Shown here: piece by piece, positions 9,601-16,950 of the stretch | How positions within the stretch are numbered: the stretch's first letter is position 1 | Layout of the letters: every line of letters begins with the position of its first letter | Assembly (NCBI GenBank): GCA_020718045.1 | Contig: DYDD01000005.1 | Span: forward strand, 1-37,353 | Source: Fibrobacter sp. | Lineage (GTDB): Bacteria; Krumholzibacteriota; Krumholzibacteriia; LZORAL124-64-63 | Direction of reading: 5' to 3' | Length of the DNA stretch: 37,353 nt | The notes under the pieces: generated by a model | What the model saw: the letters and a program-made list of their open reading frames with translations, nothing else | Database searches by the model: none | What the model was told of the DNA's origin: nothing | Translations under genes and position numbers: made by a program

Positions 9601-9701
9601 AGCATGACCGACCCGAAGGCGGCAACCGCCCAGGCCGAAACGCTGGAGTAGGCCAGGGAGGCCCCGACGGCGACAACTACGGTCGGCACGCCCACCTCCA
9701 A
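6696..9701 (-). CDS. Host-specificity / tip attachment protein J-like, with a hydrophobic Gly-rich gpI-like N-terminal segment
   Basis: 1001 aa. LPVVYGERRMGGTIVFAEVNGSDNRYLDVVYAICEGEV is typical of the J/GTA-g15 family, and FN3-like repeats follow. The start is uncertain: TTG at 9701, or a GTG at 9695 or 9689 after GGAGGTG. Confidence 0.8.
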   Translation of the reverse strand: MEVGVPTVVVAVGASLAYSSVSAWAVAAFGSVMLGAVLGGIAAYGVAALGSQVFDLGYKPVSSPLDQPDVWLTNEPSNTAALPVVYGERRMGGTIVFAEVNGSDNRYLDVVYAICEGEVDAIGSMYLNNELVPEGVEATEPEIHNVLTLSGTITQYIRVRLKVAESTAHTDSLSTESWEDLVVFADAFAGDMEVTGPGPVDGDAPLLYSASVTTYDLDDWSLPEAPQINVEVSGDIDRRGTGLDPRFGSCWDIEQYPTEANGYELILLIDVRPKHIQYDFNLTVTLEIMSAGATQYGGLVACHRHTGGDAQTADSALIANSPRWTADHRLAGVAYAYVRYTYDTNAFPRGIPTATWNIRGRKLYDPRTGLSVWSDNPALVIRDYLTNVRYGRGAPTTEVDEASFIAAANYCEQLVDDGQGNDVARWTCNGALSTDVSALDNIRRLLPSCRGWLINVSGLYKLILDAPAAATFALDVGNIARAGGWVITMGDKSTMANRVRAQFFNPALDWRSDYAVADSPGLRELDRGLVLEQEIQLEMTNNAPEAYRHAAIALNASRQGMVVQLPALPKAGNVIPGDVCTITHPRPGWAVKKFRLLNGLSATRGELTLTLSEYADEVYDWGTIPVYDPAPNSTLPSPTVVGTPGQPTAYEELYSTRDGAGVKVLLRVSWAPSDDAYVTEYQLEAKGPDLLDGWQLVERTAGAEATIMDAAPGTWLFRVVAVNSLGVRSQPSPICVIEVQGLLDPPATPSGFSVVPISGLAVLTWEPAVDLDVRIGGSFRLRHAPLSVTSPTWDNGMEVGIAIAGTATQVVVPALPGTYFLKAIDSSGVASPTPASVVIDDAGLWEMVQVGTWSAATAWTGTHADTEVSSGFLRLVESGGVVGATVGTWSATTYLTLAAAARVRLLVDLQMAAYNAQDDVDDRTGLIDEWKDFDGAVGEAASAEVWVSIYDGGTSTWGDYQRLVAADVYGQQFRFRVVLRSSGPAYNVAVTELTVTAEEVV

Positions 9702-10123
9702 ACAACGCAGGGGTCAGGGTAGAGGTCGGTCATGGGACGCCCGCGGATCAGCTCACCGGGAGTCGCCTTCAGGTACCAGCTGCCGACGCAGAGGTGGGCC
9801 ATCTCCCAGGGTTCGTCGCACTTGACCAGGATCAGGTCGCCCGGTTGGGCGCGGCGGGAGTCGGCGCTGACGGCATCAAAGCCGCAGTCGTGCAGGACGT
9901 CGGCGAGGGTGCGGCCGTAGGACGCGCAGAACTCGCGGGCTTCGGTCGCATTGCTGTAGGCCCCGATCGCCGCGTGCATGGCACCCCGAGTCAGCTGCTG
10001 GGCCCAGTCCAGCGCGATCGTGTTGCAGTCGAACACCCCCCAGTGAAAATCCTCACCGAGAAGCGACCCGGCGTGGCGGACCAGCAGGACGTCGAACTCG
10101 TGCCTGGACATGCGCTGCTCCAT
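9677..10123 (-). CDS. NlpC/P60-like tail protein (gpK / GTA g14 position)
   Basis: Cys in FDCNTIALDW and His in EMAHLCVG. The ATG at 10123 is preceded by GGGGAGGG and overlaps the upstream stop by 1 nt (TGATG). Confidence 0.6.
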   Translation of the reverse strand: MEQRMSRHEFDVLLVRHAGSLLGEDFHWGVFDCNTIALDWAQQLTRGAMHAAIGAYSNATEAREFCASYGRTLADVLHDCGFDAVSADSRRAQPGDLILVKCDEPWEMAHLCVGSWYLKATPGELIRGRPMTDLYPDPCVVWRWACRP

Positions 10124-10689
10124 CACGCCCTCCCCCACGGCAGATCCTTAAAGACCTCGGCCGCGAACTCGAAACCGCGGTCTCCCGGGAAGTAGACCTG
10201 CTGATGCTCGTGATTCGTGGTGCGCCCGGGCTTACGCTCGAAGTCCACCCAGATGTTGCCGACGGTCAGGGCCACCGTGCTGGTGCCGGACTCGGCGTCC
10301 TCGACGATCGCCGGGCGGTTGACGTGGCCGACGAACAGGGTATGGGCCGAGACCAGCGCACCGTTCGCGTCCAGGTAGCCGCGCTTGATCGTCAGCAGGC
10401 GGTCGATGTAGGCCTCCTGCAGGATCAGGGCGGTCCAGGCCTGGTTCACCGCGTTGAGCGTCACGGTGACCTCCGAGACGGTCAGGGCGGCGCTGTCGCT
10501 GATCTCGCTGATGCCCAGCAGGTTGCCGGCGCGGACGTAGGTGTGGCCGTTCCAGACCTGGTCGCGGTAGGCGTCAGTCATGCGGATGGTGCCGGCCGGC
10601 GCGTCGAGCTCGAGCTCCACCAGGTGGACCATCGGCACGATGCCCGCGGCGATCGCAGCCTGGGCCTGAGCGTCCAGGTCGCGGGTCAC
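10123..10689 (-). CDS. Minor tail protein L-like (DUF2163/GTA g13-like)
   Basis: GTG at 10689 forms a GTGA overlap. MVHLVELELDAPAGTIRMTDAYRDQVWNGHTYVRAGNLLGISEISDSAALTVSEVTVTL matches the gpL-type N-terminal pattern. The ORF-track N-terminal extension is Arg/Gly junk. Confidence 0.6.
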   Translation of the reverse strand: MTRDLDAQAQAAIAAGIVPMVHLVELELDAPAGTIRMTDAYRDQVWNGHTYVRAGNLLGISEISDSAALTVSEVTVTLNAVNQAWTALILQEAYIDRLLTIKRGYLDANGALVSAHTLFVGHVNRPAIVEDAESGTSTVALTVGNIWVDFERKPGRTTNHEHQQVYFPGDRGFEFAAEVFKDLPWGRA

Positions 10690-12470
10690 AGCGGCACCTC
10701 CACCAGGCTGAGGCCGAAGATGTAGTGGCCGTTGCCGTCGATATCCCACTCGGAGAGGTCGGAATCCTGGGCCACGGTGAACGGTACGTCTTCGACCTGG
10801 ATCGGCTCGGAGGTGCTGGGCGCGGTGCGCAGCGGCGGGTAGATCTCCAGGACCGCGTTGCCGGCAGCATCGGAGTCGGCGTCCTCGGCCACCATGTAGA
10901 CCTTGGTATCGCCGTCCAGCTTCAGGTAGTCGCCCCTCTTCAGCACGCCGGTCAGGCTCGCGCCCCAGCCCACGGTGTAGAGGCGGGTCCCGCCCGTGAC
11001 GATGTCGATCAGGGGGTCGGTGGTGGCCACGCGCTCGAGGTAGGCGCCGGGTCCGAAGCTGGTCTCGAAGCCGGCGCCCCAGATGTAGGTGCCTTCGGCA
11101 GCCCGTGGGGTGCCGTCTTCCTCGGCGTGGGGGTAGATGTAGACCCCAAGCATCCTGGTCGAGAGGCCCAGGTCGGCGGCGTCCAGCACGATCCAGACCC
11201 GCCACCATCCGTCGTCCAGTTCGTGCTCCCCGTGCACGTCGATCGAGGAGGCCGCCGACTGCCAGATCGGTGCGCCGCTGCCGTCGAAATCCCAGTGCCC
11301 GATGTGGCTCTGAGCCGCGGTCTGGTCGTAGATGTTCAGGCCGAAGCGGGTGGCGTCCTTCTTCTTGATGTGGATGCTGAACGTGTACTGCGTCGCCTGG
11401 GCAGAGGCCACCACGCTGCCCCTGGACAGGCACCCGTTGTAGATGTCGTTCGCCGCCGGCGTCCCCCAGGCGGCCGCCAGGCCGCCGTCAGGGGCCGTGG
11501 TGTAGCCCTTGATCTCCGGCGGGTTATACGGAGCCAAGTAGCAGCCCTTAGTCCAGTAGGCGTTGCTGAAGTCCTCAGTGTACGCGAGCTGGTTCTGCCG
11601 GTACCCGACCCGGGGGCCCGAGTCGATGGACCGCTCAGCCGACCAGGTGCGCAGGTAGGCAGGTAGGACGCTCACGTGGTCCTTCACGCCCACACCCCAG
11701 AGGTAGGTACCGGCCAGGACCGAGGGCTGGTCGACGCGCGGGTAGACGCGGACCTGCAGCTGATGGTTGCGCATGTTGCGGGCGTCGAGGTCTACCATGA
11801 TCCAGGAGCGATACCAGCCCGATCCGATCGAGACGAACCCGTATGAGTCGACGCCGGAGTTGCTGGCCATGACCGGGGCGCCCGCGGTCCAGGTCCAGCT
11901 AAGGACGTGCGAGACGCCGGTGGTCAGATCCGTGAAGGCGAGGGCGGCTTTGGTCGCCGTGCCCTGCTTCGAGTAGACCCAGGCGATTGCCTGGCCCTGC
12001 AGCTGCGAGGTCGAAAACTGCTGGTAGATGTAGGGCCAGCCGATCGCGTTGGCGGCGGAGATCCGCCAGAGCTGACCGGAGACCCGACCGTCGGGGGCCG
12101 CGATGGCTGTTCCTTGCGCGGTGTCCCCGGCGCTCGAATAGCCCCACGGGCTGAGGTCCAGGCGCTCCGACCAGATCACGTCGTTGCTGGTGGCCGCCTG
12201 GGCCCCAGCGGACCCCAGGCCGAGCGGAACCGCGACGGTGTGAGGGACAACCTCGAAGGTGCGCGCGCGGCCGCCACGGGCCTGCAGGAAGCCCTGGATC
12301 GGGCCGAATTCGGCGCGCGTCAGGGGCGGGTACTGCAGGCGCAGCGAGAACTGCTGCAGATCCTGGCTGACCGCCTGGCGGGTGAAGTTCTGGGCGGCCT
12401 GCACGAAGGACGGCGCGACACTCGAGATCTTCAGGGAGGCGGGCCGAGGGGTAGCGGGCAGCTGGCTCAT
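10686..12470 (-). CDS. Distal tail protein (gpM position) with a large central insertion
   Basis: The N-terminus (SLKISSVAPSFVQAAQNFTRQAVSQDLQQFSLRLQYPPLTRAEFGPIQGFLQARGGRARTFEV) and C-terminus (YPPLRTAPSTSEPIQVEDVPFTV) resemble the two halves of small Dit-type proteins. They are separated by about 400 aa of Trp/Gly/Tyr-rich beta sequence. ATGA overlap with the tape measure stop. Confidence 0.55.
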   Translation of the reverse strand: MSQLPATPRPASLKISSVAPSFVQAAQNFTRQAVSQDLQQFSLRLQYPPLTRAEFGPIQGFLQARGGRARTFEVVPHTVAVPLGLGSAGAQAATSNDVIWSERLDLSPWGYSSAGDTAQGTAIAAPDGRVSGQLWRISAANAIGWPYIYQQFSTSQLQGQAIAWVYSKQGTATKAALAFTDLTTGVSHVLSWTWTAGAPVMASNSGVDSYGFVSIGSGWYRSWIMVDLDARNMRNHQLQVRVYPRVDQPSVLAGTYLWGVGVKDHVSVLPAYLRTWSAERSIDSGPRVGYRQNQLAYTEDFSNAYWTKGCYLAPYNPPEIKGYTTAPDGGLAAAWGTPAANDIYNGCLSRGSVVASAQATQYTFSIHIKKKDATRFGLNIYDQTAAQSHIGHWDFDGSGAPIWQSAASSIDVHGEHELDDGWWRVWIVLDAADLGLSTRMLGVYIYPHAEEDGTPRAAEGTYIWGAGFETSFGPGAYLERVATTDPLIDIVTGGTRLYTVGWGASLTGVLKRGDYLKLDGDTKVYMVAEDADSDAAGNAVLEIYPPLRTAPSTSEPIQVEDVPFTVAQDSDLSEWDIDGNGHYIFGLSLVEVPL

Positions 12471-14335
12471 CGCAACCCCCTGGGGCCCGGCAGGCCGCGC
12501 TTGGTGTACTCGGCTTGGACGAGGCCCGTGATCAGGCCCTTGTTGCCGATCAGCAGCTGCTGGACGCTGGGGGCGTCGACAGCGTGGATCGTGACCTGAA
12601 CGTTGACCGGGGCCTCGGTGAGCGCCAGGCTGCCGGCCATGGCCTTGTTCCGGCTGTCGTTGTAGCCGGTCCCGATCGTGCTGGACCCACCAGTGGCGGT
12701 CGGGTTACCGGTGATCGCCGAGGTCACGGCCTGGAGCATCGGGTTGATGATCATGTTGCGAGTGAAAGCTTCGGCGATGTCGTCCGCGACAGACTCAGCC
12801 AACCGCCCCAGATCCAGGAAGCCCTCTTCGTTGAAGTCGAAGAAGTCCTCGAAGGCGTCGTGCATCTGGTCAACGGCGTCCAGACCAACGCGCTTCCACC
12901 CCGAGTAAGTCTCTTCGGCGGAGTTGTTGGCCTTCTCGGCGCGCTCGGCCAACTCGTTCTCGGCCTTGGCCGCGCGCTCGATCTCTGGCGTCAGCTCGCG
13001 CATGGCGCGCGCGTACTGGTCGGTCGTGATCATCCCCGCCTCGAGCAGGTCGTTGAGGCGGTCCTGCTGCTCGGCCAGCAGATCGGAGGCCGACATTTGG
13101 GCGCGGATCACGCGCTCGGCGTCGCGGCGCATTTCGGACAGCTTGCGCTCGGCCTCGCTGGCGGCGGCGGCCTCGACGCGGTCGCGCTCCAGCTCGTCGC
13201 CGAGCTCCTTGTCGGCGGAGGCGGCGGCTTCGGTGCGGGCCTTGATGTCGGTCTGGAGATCCTTCAGCATCAAAAGCTGCCGGTTGATTTCAGCGATCTC
13301 CTCGGCTGCCCATTCTCCACTCTTACCGTGCCTGACGAGCGCCCCCATCATCTGGGTCATGGACTGGAAGCCACCCGTGAGCGTCCTGTCTTTGGAGGCG
13401 GCCGCGGCCATACCCCAGTCCACGGACGCATCGGCATTTTCCCGCAACAGCCTTTCGCGCCGAGCAAGCAGCTCCGCCTCTTTCTCTGCCGCGGCCGCGA
13501 GCGCCTGCTCTCCTGGCATCACGTACATGTGGCCGATGAGCTTGCGGTATTCCTCATCCACCCCCGTGACCGCATTCAGGACCTTCACTGACAGAACTTC
13601 AGCAAGACTGGTCAGCGCCGGAAGAGCCGCAGAGTAGATGGCGTCTCCGGTGGCCCGCAGACTCCGATTCATCCGCTGCTGGCCGTCGTTGAACTGTTCA
13701 CCCTTTTTGGTTAAGGCGTCGGTCCTGACGCCCATCGCGTAGGCCTCGGCCAGCCACTCGCGGATCGCCGTGCTGCCGTCCTCGGTCACGGTCACGAACC
13801 GCTCGCCGCCCCTGCCGAACATCTCCCGCGCCAGACCCACGCGCTTGACCGGGTCTTCGACGGCGGCGATCGCATCGGCCATGTCCAGCATCACGTCGGG
13901 GATCAGCCGGAAGTCGCCGGCCGCGTTGCGGACCTCGATCCCCAACTCGCCGAACGGGGTCTTCGAGTAGTCGGCAGCGTCAGCCGCCTTCTTCATCGAG
14001 GCCGCCATCTTGGCGGCGCCGGCGTCGAACTCGTCGGCCGACACCCCGCCCAGCTCAGCTGCATAGCGCCAGGCGTCCAGATCGGCGGAAGTGAACCCCA
14101 GCTGGCGCGAGCGCTCCGCCAGGTCATCCAGGCTGTCGGCCGCACTGTCGACCGCGTGAGCCAGGGCGCCCACCGTCAAGGCGGCGGCGACCGGGCCCAG
14201 GGCGTTCTTGATCTTATTGCCGAGGTCGCCGAAGGAGCGGTCCACACCGGACACGTTCTTCTTCAGAGAACCGAACGCTGCGTGCGTCCGGTCCTCGCCT
14301 TCAACGATCCACTTCTGTTTGACCTGTTCGGTCAC
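12467..14335 (-). CDS. Tail tape measure protein
   Basis: 622 aa, Ala/Glu/Arg-rich helical protein in the lambda H position, directly after the G/GT chaperone pair. GTG start within a GTGA overlap. Confidence 0.85.
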   Translation of the reverse strand: MTEQVKQKWIVEGEDRTHAAFGSLKKNVSGVDRSFGDLGNKIKNALGPVAAALTVGALAHAVDSAADSLDDLAERSRQLGFTSADLDAWRYAAELGGVSADEFDAGAAKMAASMKKAADAADYSKTPFGELGIEVRNAAGDFRLIPDVMLDMADAIAAVEDPVKRVGLAREMFGRGGERFVTVTEDGSTAIREWLAEAYAMGVRTDALTKKGEQFNDGQQRMNRSLRATGDAIYSAALPALTSLAEVLSVKVLNAVTGVDEEYRKLIGHMYVMPGEQALAAAAEKEAELLARRERLLRENADASVDWGMAAAASKDRTLTGGFQSMTQMMGALVRHGKSGEWAAEEIAEINRQLLMLKDLQTDIKARTEAAASADKELGDELERDRVEAAAASEAERKLSEMRRDAERVIRAQMSASDLLAEQQDRLNDLLEAGMITTDQYARAMRELTPEIERAAKAENELAERAEKANNSAEETYSGWKRVGLDAVDQMHDAFEDFFDFNEEGFLDLGRLAESVADDIAEAFTRNMIINPMLQAVTSAITGNPTATGGSSTIGTGYNDSRNKAMAGSLALTEAPVNVQVTIHAVDAPSVQQLLIGNKGLITGLVQAEYTKRGLPGPRGLR

Positions 14336-14831
14336 TGCTTCCTCTCACTGAGGTAGTGGACCCACCCCAGGAACTCCGCGTAATCCAACTGCTCGATCTC
14401 ACGGACAGTCTTGTGGAGGGCCAGCGCCACGCGGAACTTCATCCGCAGGACGTGGTCCTCCTTCAGGGCTTTCCCGGCCCACCGCCGATCGTGTGGTCGG
14501 CCCCCGGGACCGCCGTGTTGATCGCGTGCGCCAGGTCTAAGAGGTCGTCGCCGCCGGTCTCCTTCATGATCACGATGCGCTCGGGATCGGAGAAGATCCG
14601 GGACTTGTCCTCTTTGCGGGCGCGCCGCAAGACGGTCATGATCAGGCCCTGGACTTGGCTGACGCGGGTGGCCTTGGTGACCTCGTCCAGGTCCTGGACG
14701 GACTGCGGGAACACGAAGCAGACGAACGGCTGGCCGCTCTCGTCCTTCCAGCGCGGGAACTCGATCCGCGCCGGCTTCTGGTCCATGGCCTCCTGGAACG
14801 AGGCCTTCGCCCAGTCGAGCGGCCGGGTCAC
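14332..14831 (-). CDS. Tail assembly chaperone GT-like fusion made by a -1 frameshift at 14469-14475
   Basis: The -1 frame from the heptamer is open for 48 codons (GKALKEDHVLRMKFRVALALHKTVREIEQLDYAEFLGWVHYLSERKQ). It stops at 14334-14332, exactly in a GTGA overlap with the tape measure start. Confidence 0.75.
14463..14831 (-). CDS. Tail assembly chaperone (gpG-like)
   Basis: 122 aa, between the major tail and tape measure genes. GTG at 14831 forms a GTGA overlap. The gene ends just after a G GGA AAG heptamer. Confidence 0.8.
   Translation of the reverse strand: MTRPLDWAKASFQEAMDQKPARIEFPRWKDESGQPFVCFVFPQSVQDLDEVTKATRVSQVQGLIMTVLRRARKEDKSRIFSDPERIVIMKETGGDDLLDLAHAINTAVPGADHTIGGGPGKP
14469..14475 (-). 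promoter_or_regulatory. Programmed -1 ribosomal frameshift slippery heptamer G GGA AAG
   Basis: Minus-strand sequence CCG GGA AAG CCC TGA. The heptamer is identical to the lambda G/GT site and sits 2 codons before the G stop. Confidence 0.75.
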
Positions 14832-15217
14832 GGCGTCACCAGGGCCAGCGGGCAGTAGCCCTCGTAGCTGAACGTGGCGCCGACGATCTGGTCCTGGTCC
14901 TGCTTGTAGGACACGGACTTGATGATCACCGTGCCGCTGAGCTTGCCCTCGCCGGACTGGTTGCCGGACGGGTACATGTTCAGGGTCACGCTCGCGCCCT
15001 CGACCAGGGTCCCCTGACCGGTCGTGTTCGTCGGGTCGAAGTGACAGTCGATGCTGCCGCTGCCGTCCTTCTTGCCGGTCTTGCGGGTTTTCGCCGCGTC
15101 GCCGGCGCAGGAGTCCTCGACCGTGTCGACCGTGTTGGTGTGCTCGAAGTTGAGCAGCTCGGCGATCGCCACCGTGCCGTTCATCACCACACCGTCGTTT
15201 CCGTGATACGTGGCCAT
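14828..15217 (-). CDS. Major tail protein (small, TP901-1/GTA g9-like)
   Basis: 129 aa, in the lambda V position directly upstream of the chaperones. Thr/Gly-rich beta protein. Confidence 0.65.
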   Translation of the reverse strand: MATYHGNDGVVMNGTVAIAELLNFEHTNTVDTVEDSCAGDAAKTRKTGKKDGSGSIDCHFDPTNTTGQGTLVEGASVTLNMYPSGNQSGEGKLSGTVIIKSVSYKQDQDQIVGATFSYEGYCPLALVTP

Positions 15218-15225
15218 GTTGCCTC

Positions 15226-15675
15226 CTAAGGGGCGATCGCCTCGGGCGAGGCGGTGTTAACCCGGTACAGCGCCGCCCAGGTCTGGGTGAGCTTCCCGGC
15301 CTTGACCTCCAGCTCGCCGTCGCCGACCTCTTCGGTGACCAACTCGAGCTCGGAACTCTCCAACCGCAGGTCCTTGACGTACCCGCTGAGCTTGCTGTCG
15401 GCGGCAATGGCCGTCTCGGCCAGGACCGCCAAGTTGTCCAGGGCGTCATCGATATTCCCCGAGGCCTTGGAGAACAGCTCTACGACGATCTCCAGGCTGC
15501 GGTGCTGAACCTGATCCTTCTGCGGTCCGTCGCGCGATTCCCGCGGCGTTGTCACGTTGGCGCACGGCAGCGCGCTGAAGACGTGGGTCGAGGACGACGT
15601 GACATGGCCGGCCAGCCCGGAGACGGCGTTGAGCTTCGCTACCACGACGCTACGGATGGCTGCGCGTGCGTGCAT
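15226..15675 (-). CDS. Tail terminator / tail completion protein (gpU position)
   Basis: 149 aa, between the gpZ-like gene and the major tail gene. The ATG overlaps the upstream stop by 1 nt (TGATG). Confidence 0.5.
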   Translation of the reverse strand: MHARAAIRSVVVAKLNAVSGLAGHVTSSSTHVFSALPCANVTTPRESRDGPQKDQVQHRSLEIVVELFSKASGNIDDALDNLAVLAETAIAADSKLSGYVKDLRLESSELELVTEEVGDGELEVKAGKLTQTWAALYRVNTASPEAIAP

Positions 15676-16247
15676 CAGGCGCCGCCCTTCGTCAGCTTCT
15701 CGCTGCGGTACTTCAACTGCTGCGCGAAGCGGGCCGGTAAGAACGTCCGGGCATAGCGGCCCAGGATCGTGTCGAACCGCTCCAGGCCCTTGATCGGGAT
15801 GCGGACCAAGACGATCGGATAGCGCTCCATGCCGACGCGCTGCAGACCCTGAAGCGTACTGTTGGTGCGCACCCTGTTGACGAATCCGCGCTCCCAGTAA
15901 TGTTTGCCGGCGCGCAGACCCTTGCGGACGTAGCGGTAGTTCAGCCGCACAGGGTTGATCCCGCGCTTCATGATCCCGAGGCCCGAGTACAGTCGGCCCG
16001 GCCTGGTGCGCGCGGGGATCACCCAGGACTTGTCGCGGATGATTTTCTGCGGGACCTGGGTCTGGGCGGCCGCGTAGCGGACGGACCGCGTATAGGCCTT
16101 CTTCGCCGTCCTGGTGAGCGCGTCGGCCGCGGCGGGCCGGAACACCTTGCGCGGGAACTTCGCCTCGTAGTCGCGGAGCCAGACGGCAACGGGGCGCCCG
16201 TCGGGCCCCCTGCTGCCAACCCTGAACTCCATGTACCCGCGCGCCAT
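15675..16247 (-). CDS. Minor tail protein Z-like
   Basis: 190 aa basic protein. The C-terminal MERYPIVLVRIPIKGLERFDTILGRYARTFLPARFAQQLKYRSEKL parallels lambda gpZ NRYPIDVVKIPMAVPL...RERLPKELGYALQHQL (recalled from memory). Lambda gpZ is a similar size (192 aa). Confidence 0.6.
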   Translation of the reverse strand: MARGYMEFRVGSRGPDGRPVAVWLRDYEAKFPRKVFRPAAADALTRTAKKAYTRSVRYAAAQTQVPQKIIRDKSWVIPARTRPGRLYSGLGIMKRGINPVRLNYRYVRKGLRAGKHYWERGFVNRVRTNSTLQGLQRVGMERYPIVLVRIPIKGLERFDTILGRYARTFLPARFAQQLKYRSEKLTKGGA

Positions 16248-16528
16248 CAGACCTCTTCCAGCGACAGCACCGTCACCCCGGTGCCGTCGGCCTTGGGCGT
16301 CACGGCCTTGTAGGTCGTCGCCCCGATTACGATGCTCGTTCCGCGAACCACGGCCGAGACGTCCGAGGACCTGCAAGTGAGAGTCGGGCGGGTGCCGGTT
16401 ACCCCGCCCGCCTCAGCCGCGCAGTTCTCGAAGATCCCAACCTTCGACACACCCCCGACGGAGAAGGCGGTGCCGAAGTGGTCGAGATCGAAGAACCGCA
16501 GCAGGTCCTCAGACGACTCGATGGCCAT
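16247..16528 (-). CDS. Head-tail joining / head completion protein
   Basis: 93 aa. The pattern FFDLDHFGTAFSVGG...GIFEN...RPTLTCRSSDV...GTSIVIGATTYKAV...DGTGVTVLSLE is typical of small phage head-tail joining proteins. Confidence 0.5.
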   Translation of the reverse strand: MAIESSEDLLRFFDLDHFGTAFSVGGVSKVGIFENCAAEAGGVTGTRPTLTCRSSDVSAVVRGTSIVIGATTYKAVTPKADGTGVTVLSLEEV

Positions 16529-16531
16529 GGG

Positions 16532-16876
16532 TTACTTCCCGCCCTTGGCCGAGGACGCCTTCAGCTCGGCGACTTCGGCGCGCAGGTTACGGACCTCTTC
16601 GATCAGCGCGACCATGTTCGGGCCGCCGCCGGAGCGCGCCGCGTCGTTGCTCGCGATCGAGGCCTGCTTCTCGTCCCACTGCTTCTTGGCCGTCTTGGCC
16701 TCCTCGGGCTTCTTGCCGGCCAGGGCCTTGCCCACACCGACGAGGACCTTCGCGTCCGCCTCGGGGCATTCCCCGGGCACGGCCAGGATCAGGCCCGGCT
16801 CGACGATCTCGCCCTTGATCGTGGTGGCCTTGACGATCGTGATGAATTCCAGCTTGGGCTGGGGGGTCGGGGCCAT
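16532..16876 (-). CDS. Hypothetical head-module protein (Lys/Ala-rich, C-terminal coiled coil)
   Basis: 114 aa. AAGGAG RBS before the ATG at 16876. First gene after the capsid gene. Confidence 0.55.
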   Translation of the reverse strand: MAPTPQPKLEFITIVKATTIKGEIVEPGLILAVPGECPEADAKVLVGVGKALAGKKPEEAKTAKKQWDEKQASIASNDAARSGGGPNMVALIEEVRNLRAEVAELKASSAKGGK

Positions 16877-16898
16877 GTCGGTCTCCTTACTCGGTTGC

Positions 16899-16926
16899 CT
16901 GCCGGCCGGGCTTTCCCGGCCGGCAG
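16899..16926 (-). promoter_or_regulatory. Perfect 12-bp GC-rich stem-loop just downstream of the capsid stop (attenuator or RNA-stabilising hairpin; no U-tract)
   Basis: CTGCCGGCCGGG / 4-nt loop / CCCGGCCGGCAG. Lies between the capsid stop (16951) and the next start (16876). Confidence 0.5.
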
Positions 16927-16950
16927 TGGATCAGCGCAGCCGTCAGGCGG

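Noticed and set aside
5369-9701. Looked for a diversity-generating retroelement near the fibre and J genes
   Set aside because: There is no reverse transcriptase ORF anywhere in the window, and no template/variable repeat pair was seen by eye.
8055-9722. 555-aa plus-strand ORF antisense to the J-like gene (with similar cases at 7113-8033 and 10725-11666)
   Set aside because: Same high-GC artefact. The minus-strand frame has J-family motifs and runs uninterrupted for 1001 aa.
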